Shown here in pieces: positions 25,501 to 33,471 of a stretch of 64,000 nucleotides of DNA. The position numbers were made by a program, and so were the translations under genes. This DNA comes from Epithemia pelagica (lineage: Eukaryota > Protista > Bacillariophyta): contig OX337228.1 of NCBI GenBank assembly GCA_946965045.2, positions 2,356,001 through 2,420,000 on the forward strand, read 5' to 3'. Under the pieces are notes generated by a model. That model did no database searches, was not told the DNA's origin, and was given only the letters and a program-made list of their open reading frames with translations. Within the stretch, counting starts at the first letter, position 1. Each line of letters begins with the position of its first letter.

Positions 25501-25561
25501 ACTCCGCTCTTGGATCAACACCTGGCGTCCTGTTATTCTCAGGACTGCTCCACTCTCTTAA
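19583..25561 (+). CDS. Retrotransposon ORF2: APE endonuclease, reverse transcriptase, RNase H, C-terminal Cys/His finger (1992 aa)
   Basis: APE: FGCNPNG, FYETN, LLGDFNE, IDYALG, DHRNMVIDF. RT: RLRVIHLYEQDYN, LDYDATACYDRI, GSGQGAGNSP, GFVDD. RNase H: LCSDGS, RSESYG, YTDSQSL, HVRGHQD, NVDADRLA. Finger: CPLC...ETRTHFLRC. Confidence 0.96.
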   Translation: MSESLNGRLVTITNNTNLQPHPLARLIRELDTSDQDNHNNDDAASDDDPIPQTTDQDNHNNDDAPSVDDRNTNNITTTTSTINTTIPGTQNSDDATSVAEDPQQIENGIQIERGVQAYDSDEFIGVKTRDVKPPDTYRVFGCNPNGFKTLLSSGGTFAEYCEEMCRLDADTWCFYETNIDTTQAQVRNVLHTTVQRHCEHSRITFGSTNIPSPRPTPYKPGGTLIASQGKSTGRITTQGTDRMGRWSYQVFSGRGNKTITVISAYQVCRQSLLTEETNRVRSFTASAQQISMLRQVNRPVSPREAFIIDLTDFIRQCRARNSEILLLGDFNEALNDNNEGMSKLCLESELHDIMGEQIGNTTFATYINGRERIDYALGTSHVAAAVTRACYEPFQHRDIPNDHRNMVIDFDIQRLFGNSTQQLGPIASRDFTSKDRSSNRRYIEHKHKFCVQHSFAQRLESLKQNWNPCLAERLDKDFQRAGEHASRKCIKKPRSIPFVKQLASLRSRKNLLLKLISAEKWGKSFESGIAYTTRHQSVINIPSTLEACQQECRIVQRQIREMTKDAVQRRHNALQTELQQALAEGNKQQSKALKHRIAAERTKAMYTKLRQCRGNLKTGITRLDVPADPTTTDYTGCTEWITIDTPAEIEERLLTRNQRHLGQAHNTFPTKPPFSEWCDWGASTHTAELILEGNWQSDELDDMQQSLIDHMKARVTLDAIPAPITTEEWIGKIKSWPESTTTSPSGFHLGHSKALVAPHDLDTSTDDGQELEGKREQLIEWQVGLLNCALSNKYSFDRWKHIVNVMILKEPNNLKIHRLRVIHLYEQDYNLVLAIKWRQMIQLNTNQRTLHPMQFGGVPGKDAVIPTLCEELQYEISRASKRPLVHLDYDATACYDRIVLSFGSLASRSFGQNRSIVFINATTLEEAKYYLKTKLGVSERHYQHCQLYPIYGSGQGAGNSPAIWCVISTILFDTYEDKAHGAIFSSPDGSVTTALHMIGFVDDTSGSVNDFLREQPATPDYYIAKAQEDAQRWNNLLSLSGGALNVEKCSYHFMHYTFNVDGLASLQSGTFGPQISIQFHGSEQNTPIKQLSSYRSHKTLGVQKSPHCTDKGLFLALAKKNRAHTSVMATSPFSRTDAWAYYHAIYLPSICYPMPSSTLSDAHCDALQVQFKKAFLPKYGFNRHMPNAVVYGPNELGGIGLRTLSVERGISQTYLLLACLRSPGVPAKLANIAISWAQFLAGTSVSIFEDVTTSLPHLAPMQWIPQVRKFLHSTSCQIELETKFLPPLQRDNDRYLMDIVLESQIFTKAELLLVNACRIYMGVTLLSDITTPDGTKLSKFVLEHRQDTFSTHNGLLPYQELPGPRAWTQWNKMLNLIREPGEQHLSIPPLGHWIVHGHETYRRWFYFVDCQSSTLFVANGDNSFRHYWYQHPFFLPTSQVSPRPPSTSVPVHVAQSGPALVLSPCRPQLIPQSPPPPQSFSAYVQTLKQWDQHLLAKVDLIQTVEAIQQYFQSSTVRLFLCSDGSAALFRGKFGCICSTDTGQRLFKLHGPAPGFRTSSFRSESYGMLALFRTVLHLTTHYRLSFPPHCIFYTDSQSLIKTVEKRLEWTYDFPYSTMEADWDIQQSITTSLQQFPEIPQFLHVRGHQDRFHAYSTLPLTAQLNVDADRLANLYDYPPDISPLRVPLITGCCALLHTPQGTVNSNYRTTLRYLATWQPLRHYLCNKHDWDIDTFESVDWTSHGRALRASFHRRQFHIKFLHDWLPLGYLRSRYAVYYSDSCPLCTPPVIETRTHFLRCPHRPWKGPLFDDLEKFWRLQYLDPFLRLLLVEILQSWLGNVSPTFPTLSPSYQLLITQQRRIGLDQLFFGRFSTQWQVLQDSYLSSTNQKSRSVSGSHFVTGSIKVLWTHVHALWLKRNHNLHGDTPQTIEAASYAQAQREVIALYEYRHQLPPSDRDIFYSSTTAHFEAETTAFSLRSWINTWRPVILRTAPLS

Positions 25562-25698
25562 CCGACTTTCTTCTTTCACCCACCAGTACTCCCAGTTCCA
25601 TTCCTTGTTTAGTCCTCGCTTCACATCTTGTGTGGAGCCGGGCGCGTCGGTCGACGCTACCCTAGCGGGTGCGCGCGGCAGCGTTAAAATAGATTGTG

Positions 25699-25732
<34 letters not shown>

Positions 25733-25752
25733 CAATCACCACACCACAACCA
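25733..25752 (+). repeat. Right target-site duplication of the retrotransposon
   Basis: Exact direct repeat of 17389..17408, immediately after T32. Confidence 0.95.
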
Positions 25753-25785
25753 ATAGAACTCATAAGTGATAGACCGACGACCATC

Positions 25786-26751
25786 ATGTCGCGACCTGAG
25801 TTGACCGGACATGCCTCTTTGTTTTACAATGAGAAAGAGGCCCGGAAATACGATTCTTCATCGCGTATGATTGGAGTCCAAAGAGAGATTACCGACCGAG
25901 CGATTGAATTGTTGAGATTGAATGATAGCACCCCGAGCCTGGTACTCGACATTGGATGTGGGAGTGGGTTATCTGGCAAAGTTCTTGAAGAACGAGGGCA
26001 TGTCTGGGTAGGATGCGATGTTTCTCGTGACATGTTGACTGTAGCCAAAGAACGTATGGACAATCAAGAACAAGTCTCTCGGAATCCCAAAGCAAAAGAA
26101 TCGGACGACGACGTTGAACTGGCAGACTCGCACGACGAAGACGAGGACACCAAATGTTCCACGGGCGATTTACTACATCACGATATGGGAACGGGACTTC
26201 CTTTTCGACCGGCAACGTTTGATGCATGCATTTCAATCTCGGCATTGCAATGGCTATGTTATTCCAACTCGGCCCACCAGAATCCCAAGAGACGTTTGAC
26301 TCGGTTCTTTTCGTCCTTGTACACAGTGTTGAAACGCGGAGGTCGTGCCGTACTACAGTTTTATCCAGAGACCGCCGAACAAGCCGTATTAATAAGCGAA
26401 ACGGCGACTCGGGTTGGTTTCACTGGCGGTGTTGTTGTCGATTATCCCAACTCGGCAAAGGCAAAGAAACACTATCTTGTTCTTGGCTTTGAACGAAATA
26501 ATCAAGCTAGAAAGAAAGCACTTTCGGAAAGCGCATCCAACAAAAGCGGTCATAACAATGGGCACGTGACCGTTGGTGGCATGGAAGCCCAAAATAGGAA
26601 TGGAAAGAAGCAACCACCGCCTCGAAAGAAAAAGGGAGGGACGAAAACAAAGGAATGGATTCTTCATAAGAAGGAAATGCAAAGGCGGAAAGGAAAAGAT
26701 GTTCGGGCCGATACGAAATACACTGCGCGGAGACGACCGACAAAGTTTTGA
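25786..26751 (+). CDS. BUD23: 18S rRNA m7G methyltransferase BUD23/WBSCR22
   Basis: MSRPE...FYNEKEARKYDSSSRMIGVQ, LDIGCGSGLSG, DMGTGLPFRPATFDACISISALQWLC, GGVVVDYPNSAKAKKHYLVL, KYTARRR. True ATG at 25786. Confidence 0.96.
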   Translation: MSRPELTGHASLFYNEKEARKYDSSSRMIGVQREITDRAIELLRLNDSTPSLVLDIGCGSGLSGKVLEERGHVWVGCDVSRDMLTVAKERMDNQEQVSRNPKAKESDDDVELADSHDEDEDTKCSTGDLLHHDMGTGLPFRPATFDACISISALQWLCYSNSAHQNPKRRLTRFFSSLYTVLKRGGRAVLQFYPETAEQAVLISETATRVGFTGGVVVDYPNSAKAKKHYLVLGFERNNQARKKALSESASNKSGHNNGHVTVGGMEAQNRNGKKQPPPRKKKGGTKTKEWILHKKEMQRRKGKDVRADTKYTARRRPTKF

Positions 26752-26999
26752 GGGGGTAGAATACTTCATAACAGTGAACAAAGCGTATATATTGAACAGA
26801 CTACAATTTCTGTAACTTAGTCTCTGCAATCGGCCATATCAACCCAAACACAACTAGGCAAACACAAAAAAATCTCTCTCTTGGGTGTGTTTTAGAATGA
26901 TCCAAAACCACGGAAGGATTGTTAAACGACGTGTTCCACTCTAGAGAGGAAGATAAGGAGCAGTTCATTGTGAGCGTAGACCAACGAAAATCCAAAAAG

Positions 27000-27072
27000 T
27001 GGAGGACTTGGGAATCGAACCCAAGACCTTGTGCATGCTAAGCACACGCTCTACCAACTGAGCTAGACCCCC
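27000..27072 (-). tRNA. tRNA-Ala (anticodon AGC)
   Basis: The reverse complement GGGGGTCTAGCTCAGTTGGTAGAGCGTGTGCTTAGCATGCACAAGGTCTTGGGTTCGATTCCCAAGTCCTCCA folds as a cloverleaf with anticodon AGC and the G3:U70 alanine identity pair. Confidence 0.97.
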
Positions 27073-27132
27073 GCTAGGAATTTTTTCTCCTCTCGATGGG
27101 TAAGTTTCCGCATTATATATAAACACTATTAA

Positions 27133-27941
27133 CGCCATACGTAAGGGAGCAGTATATATACTGATCCCATAAATTCGAGCAGTATATACACTCCTCCCAT
27201 AACTTTGAATACATCTACTAATTGGAATATAGACGTCATTGTCTTTTTCACTTGTAATTCTAATAGTTTGTGGAATTTTGAACATTTTCATATATCATAG
27301 TCTACACTGATTTTGAAATTATAACAGTCGTTTCGTGTATCAAAACTTGGATGATTTTTGTGATTTTCTCATCCCATCGACCATGGCCCAACTTTGAGCA
27401 GTACGCACACACTCAATATCCAACAGCAAATGTCAAGACCTTCCATTCTGGTGTAAAATAATATGAACTATAGGACTTTGTCTTTATTTGTGATTTGACA
27501 GCACCTCTGTTGAGAATTCGGCAATTCCCTTTCTCAGACCATGTTTTTGCCTGCTTCACAGCATTGACCCTTTTTCGACACATTGAACCTTTCCTTGGTC
27601 AACTTTCGCCTCCACATACCATCTGTCTTGATCAATTGACTTTCCTTCATCCATTCTGACCTGGTTTGGCATCATTGGAAGATGATCCATGCCATTTTCA
27701 TTGTCCGCCCTCATTGTCTCTCATGGTCATCGCGGATGGCCGCTCAAGTTCGAGAAAAGCGACTAAAATGACAAAAATTCTCACTATGAATAAATTTGTA
27801 CTCGAAATTAAAACGACAATTTTTCAAATCGTGTTAAGATGGGAGCAGTTTATGGGACACAAACCATATATCGCTAAAGTTTTATGGGAGTAGTTTATTT
27901 GCTAATCCGTTAGGCTTAAAACGCGTTCCTTACGTATGGCG
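27133..27941. mobile_element. Non-autonomous TIR element (MITE), 809 bp, flanked by TTAA
   Basis: Perfect 14-bp TIR CGCCATACGTAAGG (27133..27146) / CCTTACGTATGGCG (27928..27941). TTAA at 27129..27132 and 27942..27945. TCCCATAA occurs twice at the left end and its complement TTATGGGA twice at the right end. The interior is AT-rich and non-coding. Confidence 0.88.
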
Positions 27942-28313
27942 TTAAAATGTGATCGTCCTTGAGACTAATTTTGGCTCATCTGGAACTTTTTATACAAGCA
28001 ATTTCGATATCGTCCCGCACGTGGAAGTGACCAGCATGTGCGCGAGAAGACATTTTTCGCGCCTGGCATGCCTACAATATGATTATTTCCGTACCCCATA
28101 TCGCAATAGATCGCAATCTTTGAAATTATTGATAGAAGCTACGGGAAAAACGAGATGTGCATGGTTATCCAAGGGCATCCCTAAGGAGTCGCTATGTGAC
28201 TCCATCGTCCTCTAGTCTACAGCTTTGCGGCCTCATCACAATTCCACCGAGAAGACCAAGAGCTCTAGAGAATCAATTGAATGTAGAAACTAGTAGTCAT
28301 TGTTATATGGTAC

Positions 28314-30132
28314 CTAATTATCAAAGTCGTCAAAGTCGCTCACTGCTGTTGCTGTCTCCATGTTTCGATCCTGGTTCCCGACGACTGCAGTTCCCTCACC
28401 AAAGTGCTTCTGATAGAGCTGGACCGTCTTTTTCACATATTCTCGTGCAGCGTTTGCGTGAGTGGTGACTCCTGGAGAGCTCAAGTCCTTGTTTGCCTCA
28501 TCCAGACATTTTTCGGTGCTGAGTACAGCTTGCCGAGCCATCTCCATGCAAGAACGTGCATGCCCAGCGAATTTTGTGTGAATGTCGTTTGACATTTCTT
28601 GGGCTGCCCGAGCATGTGTCTCCGCCTCAGCCTTGGCTTGTTCCAAAGCATGCTTCTTGAGTTCTACAGATGCACGGAGAAACTCGACATCTTTCTTGCA
28701 ACTTTCGGCATACTGCTCGGCCGAGAGCATCTGCTTCACGGCCTCGGTGTGCGTAGATTGCACCTCTTCGAGGCGAGTCTTCAGCATCTCATTCTCTTGC
28801 ATGAGATCGTTGGCTGCAATTGTGGTTGATGTAGCGTTTATAGTGCGCGTACGCTTTGGTCGCTGATTGTTTGCGTTGTTGTTGCTTTTGTTTGCATCCT
28901 CCATTAGCTCATCTGTATCCTGCTGACTCGCCCATCCTCCGTTGCTCCGACAAACAAATGTGTAGTGGTCTGGCCCCACAGGCTTACGGAAGGTGTTGCG
29001 TTGTCCTTCACACTCTAACAGAAGAGCGCCACACCAGTATCCGTGGCTCTTCAGCGTCACACGATCTCCCTCCAGGCCCATCAAATCAAAGGAGTTCCCA
29101 ACTGGGATCGGGTCGAGCTGACAAGGGGCACTGAGGTTGATTGTCATGCTTGGCCGCATATCCTCCCCGGGCACGTTCGACCGCTTCTTCCATTTGTCCA
29201 TCTGAACGACCAGATTGGAGACAACAGGCACAGTCTGGAAGGGGTAGGTCTTCATCTCTTCAGCATTGCGGGGAGGCCCAATAGCTGTGTGGCCATACCG
29301 GTGAAGCTGGGCGAGGAACTTGACAGGAACAAACTGTGCCACACTTGTTGTTGCCTTTGGCCACTTCAGAGTAAGTTGGATCTCTGAGTTCTTCGTAATA
29401 GAGGGGGCGACTGCCTTTGCCTCCACCCCCGAAAGCAGATTCACTGCGACCGAGAGTCGCTTCTGCCCATCATGGGCTTTCCAAGATGAAAAGATCACTG
29501 GAAACGGGGATACTGGCCCATCAACCAAAGCCACCATTTTTTGGGGGGCTATCGACATCTTCTTCATTTTTTCGTCTAGGAAAGCATCACGATTGGGGGC
29601 ACTGTCACCCAGGACAACGTAGCCATCCCCTCCTCCCTCGCCTTTCCCCATGCCAGCACCACCTGTGCTTCCAAAGACCTGCTCCGCATAGCCGTCTTGT
29701 TGTTCCGCCCCGTCGTCTTCTTCCTCATTTTCGTCATAGCTCTCATCGTCGTCTGACTCCTCCACATTGTCACGAAAGGACGAAAACATGTTGACTGGCA
29801 CAACTGAAACAACAATGATGTGAGAAAGCTGCATGCAACTCAAAACACCAACAATCAAACACACCTGCGACAGGATTCGCAACAAGAGGAGGAGGAGGAG
29901 CATCAACTCCAAGAGCAGCAGTCCTCTCTCGTTCACGAGTGGTCTTCCATTTGGTTGTGAGTTCCTCACAACAAGCACGACGATAGAGGGTGGAAAATGA
30001 TTCAAAGTCGACTCCAAATCCCCCATTCTCATGAAACAAGTATTCAACATGGGCTTTGGAACACAAGTAAGGATCCCAAAGCCCATTGTCAAACCGCTGA
30101 CGCATTGTTTCAAAGACTTCTTGAAAACGCAT
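28314..30132 (-). CDS. Transposon accessory protein A (about 585 aa; helical N-terminal domain, acidic linker, HSP20/ACD-like domain, coiled coil); two exons
   Basis: Exon 1 30132..29865 (MRFQEVF...VDFESFSTLYRRA) joins exon 2 29803..28314 in frame through a 61-nt GT-AG intron 29804..29864. The segment SWKAHDGQKRLSVAVNLLSGV...IQLTLKWP resembles the matching segment of accessory protein C. Confidence 0.65.
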
Positions 30133-30646
30133 TTCACTAACAAAGAAGAAACCCAACAATCAGCAAGAAATGAGCTTCAGACGAGACAAAGCGTTTGATT
30201 GATGGATAGTAGCCGTGCGAAAGGTAGAGGCGCAATGGCCGAATGGAAAACACAAGATGAGACAAAATGAGATGCCGCCACCGTTTTTGTTGCAAAGTGT
30301 GTTCGCTCCACACAACCACACAGTAGTTTCTTCATCTCAATCACCCCGCTTGGTCGTGTCTAGTCGTAGGTATAAAGCGTCGAGACTTAAGCCTTAGAAT
30401 TGAAAATTTGTATGTGAACACCACGTCAACAGACGTTGGAGTATATCGCAAGAGGCATAAAACGAAGCCATCCCAAGGCAATATTTGTATTTTATATATA
30501 TTCCAGAAAGATCCCGGATGGGCCGGATTTGTACTATACTATTTGGATTACTCGTATGTGTCACTTTATGGTTCTAAAGTAGTGCGTATTATTGTACATG
30601 GGTCTCTGCCGGCGCTCTCGCACCTCCATGGCAAAACTATGAAACG

Positions 30647-31009
30647 ATGGGAATGGTGGATATCCATGATGTCCATGGGTATCCACCATTCCCATTATTC
30701 CGACGCCATTTTCTTGAGCTGTGGAGCTTTTCACTCAGAGCCATATCAGCATCCATTAGACCTCAATGCACCCTAAACATCGCCCAAGAGACATGGGATT
30801 GGGGCATTGTGGCTCTCAGGATATGCTTGGGAAAGTCGTGAAATCATCAAAAAAGCGTTGATATCCACACTTTCCCAAGCATATCCTGAGAGCCACGATG
30901 CCCCAATCCCATATGTTTCAAGGGGGATCTTGAGGGTCCATTAGGGTCTAACAGATCCTGGTGTGGTTTTGTCTGAGGTCCTTCAAGGCCTGAGAAAATG
31001 GCGTCGGAA
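30647..31009. repeat. Nested inverted repeats (foldback) in the transposon's divergent intergenic spacer
   Basis: 22-bp hairpin 30647..30668/30674..30695 (1 mismatch); 44-bp IR 30793..30836/30869..30912 (1 mismatch); 17-bp IR 30698..30714/30993..31009. Confidence 0.92.
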
Positions 31010-31236
31010 AATTCGACTTGTTGGGATTCCCAGTTTCCACGGGAAATCTGTGATTTTGTGAGTATCGTGGGTATCCATGGATATCCATCGGGTGTACAGA
31101 ATACTGATGTACACTACTTACGTATTCATAAGTTCTACTGTAGGTACTCTAAGTAGTGTGTCTTACCTCATCAACGATATCACGATTCGTCTTCAGCCTC
31201 ACACACAATTCTCCCAACAAGCCAACAAAAACGACG

Positions 31237-32160
31237 ATGAACGCCATTGCTCCAGAGCTGTTTCAGGAACTGGGAGCAAGCATCTTGCGCAAGAGAATCT
31301 CCGAGACGGAGACCTTTTGGCGTCTCTGGGCCAACAAGTTTGGGGCCTCGCCATCCATGTGCAGCATCCTATGGGTTCGTTTGGAGGATGCACGAGAGCA
31401 TGAGATGCCAAACAATCCACAACCCAAGCATCTTTTGTGGGCTCTCATGCTTCTTCGGACCTACGCAGATGAGCCTGATATGGCTAAGGATGCTGGAGGG
31501 GAGGATGGTGGAAGAGTGGACCCCAAGACATTTCGGAAGTGGAGCTGGCATTTTGTCCGTGGGCTTTCGTTTCTCGAACCGCTTGTAATTCGCTGGGAAA
31601 ATCGATTCAACAATGACATCTACAACGATTCTACAGTTTCTGTGGATGGAACAGACACGAGGGTTCCCAGTTATCGGCCCTTTTGGAAGGGTTGGTTTTC
31701 GCACAAGTTCAACGGCCCTGGAACTCGTTGGGAGATTGGCCTGTCCATCCGCAGCCGTGACATTGTGTGGGTGCATGGACCCTTCCCTTGCGGGCGTTGG
31801 CCAGATCTTAAAATTTTCCGCCACGCGATGAAGTCTTTCCTACATGACAACGAGAAGGCAGAAGCGGATGATGGATATGTGGGCGAACCTACAAAAATTC
31901 TCACGCCCGAAGTGAACTCGCGGACAGCAGCGGACGTGGAGCTACGACAGCGCGTCCGCAACAGACATGAAACAATCAACAGGCGCCTAAAGGAATGGAA
32001 GTGCATCAAAGAATGCTTAAAGCATTCATTGGACAAGCACTCTGCCATGTTTCGGGCAGTTGCTGTGATTGTTCAGCTTTCTGTGGAAAATGGAGAACTC
32101 ACTCTTTTCGACGTTGACTACGATGACAGACATATTTCGATGCCTGCTGGTTATGCTTAG
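31237..32160 (+). CDS. DDE_Tnp_4 (HARBI1/Harbinger/ISL2EU-type) transposase, 307 aa
   Basis: HLLWALMLLRTY...KTFRKW (HTH-like), SVDGTD, FSHKFNGPGTRWEIG, ADDGY, RNRHETINRRLKEW. First ATG at 31237. Confidence 0.9.
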   Translation: MNAIAPELFQELGASILRKRISETETFWRLWANKFGASPSMCSILWVRLEDAREHEMPNNPQPKHLLWALMLLRTYADEPDMAKDAGGEDGGRVDPKTFRKWSWHFVRGLSFLEPLVIRWENRFNNDIYNDSTVSVDGTDTRVPSYRPFWKGWFSHKFNGPGTRWEIGLSIRSRDIVWVHGPFPCGRWPDLKIFRHAMKSFLHDNEKAEADDGYVGEPTKILTPEVNSRTAADVELRQRVRNRHETINRRLKEWKCIKECLKHSLDKHSAMFRAVAVIVQLSVENGELTLFDVDYDDRHISMPAGYA

Positions 32161-32541
32161 GAGTAATAATACCTTCATACTATCCAATATCCAATCGCCC
32201 TACTCCCCATAACACACGCCTAAGATACAGCCATACAATGACTCATAGTAACTTGTGTAGGAAAGACAGACACTTTGAATGACAGCAAGCTAACTATCGT
32301 CTATATTCTAGTGCAGACAAAAACGAATACCACTGCCCATGATATGCCCTTCAAACGACCAATCTTGTCTTCACTTGAACCATGAATGAAGAATTATGCC
32401 ATCCACCCAGTATGGTCTCTCCTCTCTCCGCCTCCCAGATCCCAGAGGGACCAGATGGACTCATGTGGTTTTGTTGCTTTGGTGGCTCACAAAACGCCGA
32501 CTCCCAAACCGCAAGAGGAACGCAGCAAACAATCAAACAAC

Positions 32542-33471
32542 ATGGCAAAGAAATCTACAAAGGCTTTTAATTGGAAGGGGGAGCAAGGCGAATACATTCG
32601 CAAGCAGATTAGTGAAGGCAAAATGCCTCCTAATCCCTCCCGAGAACAGTACAAGGCAGTCTACGAAGCTTCGGAAGGAGAGGTGCTGAAGTTCCAGAAC
32701 TTCAGCTCCTCGTGGAAGAACGCCCAACGCAACCTGAAAGCTGCTGAGGATGTGGCTCTCTCAACGGGAGCCCGGCGTGGAGAGGCAGAGCATGTTGGGT
32801 TTATGTCTCCGGGGGGTGGATTGATGGGTCAAGCTGGTCGTGCCACTGCATTCTTTGGTTCTCCCACTCCTGGTGGTGCAAGTGTCAGCATGAAAACACC
32901 ACGCTCTGCAAAGACAGGGGGGACAAAGAAGGGTAAGATGCATGCCAGTGGAGACCTCTACTGGCCAACGATGAACTCTTATTGGCATGACAAGGACAAG
33001 AATCTTCGCCTTTGCTTCTTCGTTCTTCTTCCATCGGGAACACGGGCGGAGGATATGTCAGTTTCCATTGCTCCTGGTGGTATGAAGATTCGGATCGTCC
33101 ACAAATGGCCCGAGTATCTTTTCGATTCTCAGCGGCTTTTCGAGGGCCAGTTGGATCGTGGTGGTGGCGTCGCTTCTAATGCTTCAAGTGCCAAAGCTGC
33201 TGGCATCGTTGAAACAAAAGAGAAACTCAAACAGGATGACAGTAAAGTCGTCACCACCAACCTAACAATCCACCTAGAGAAGAAGGTCGAGAATAACATG
33301 ATTGACATCAAAGGTGATGTTGTGTCTCGGCCCATGTTCTACAAGCTCGATGGGGATGGGCCCAGTGGGGCTGCCTTACCTACACTTGTCATGCTCATTT
33401 CTTGCATGGTTGAGCGTGCAACTGAAGGATATGGTGGTGACAATGATGACGACGTTCAAGACTATGAGTAG
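32542..33471 (+). CDS. Transposon accessory protein C (309 aa; helical N-terminal domain plus HSP20/ACD-like domain)
   Basis: MAKKSTKAFNWK...LKFQNFSSSWKNA; YWHDKDKNLRLCFFVLLPSGTRAEDMSVSIAPGGMKIRIVHKWP...NLTIHLEKKVE. It ends about 80 bp before the right TIR. Confidence 0.7.
   Translation: MAKKSTKAFNWKGEQGEYIRKQISEGKMPPNPSREQYKAVYEASEGEVLKFQNFSSSWKNAQRNLKAAEDVALSTGARRGEAEHVGFMSPGGGLMGQAGRATAFFGSPTPGGASVSMKTPRSAKTGGTKKGKMHASGDLYWPTMNSYWHDKDKNLRLCFFVLLPSGTRAEDMSVSIAPGGMKIRIVHKWPEYLFDSQRLFEGQLDRGGGVASNASSAKAAGIVETKEKLKQDDSKVVTTNLTIHLEKKVENNMIDIKGDVVSRPMFYKLDGDGPSGAALPTLVMLISCMVERATEGYGGDNDDDVQDYE

Larger units (their letters stand above)
17409..25732 (+). mobile_element. Full-length non-LTR retrotransposon (Ambal-like, APE-RT-RNase H), 8324 bp, poly(T) 3' end, 20-bp TSD
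   Basis: The identical 20-mer CAATCACCACACCACAACCA lies at 17389..17408 and 25733..25752. Between them are a 150-nt 5'UTR, two intact ORFs, a 139-nt 3'UTR and T32 at 25701..25732. The clade assignment is from recalled domain order, not an alignment. Confidence 0.93.

Noticed and set aside
17409-25732. LTR or DIRS retroelement interpretation
   Set aside because: There are no terminal direct repeats and no protease, integrase or tyrosine recombinase. The APE domain and long TSD indicate a non-LTR element.
25696-25785. Poly-Phe N-terminal extension of the BUD23 ORF (and poly-Lys or poly-Phe in overlapping ORFs)
   Set aside because: It is a translation of the retrotransposon's T32 tail and TSD. 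The conserved BUD23 start MSRPE is at 25786.
27000-27072. Dada-type transposon insertion into tRNA-Ala
   Set aside because: The tRNA is uninterrupted, the elements lie upstream of it, and no Dada-like transposase is seen.
29804-30143. Hydrophobic N-terminus (LLLLELMLLLLLLL) of the 609-aa ORF, suggesting a membrane protein
   Set aside because: It is better explained as an off-frame reading of exon 1 plus the intron. The alternative frame matches accessory protein C and splices in frame.
30647-31009. CRISPR array or bacterial-type terminators
   Set aside because: The repeats are inverted and nested rather than regularly spaced direct repeats, no cas genes are present, and the context is eukaryotic.
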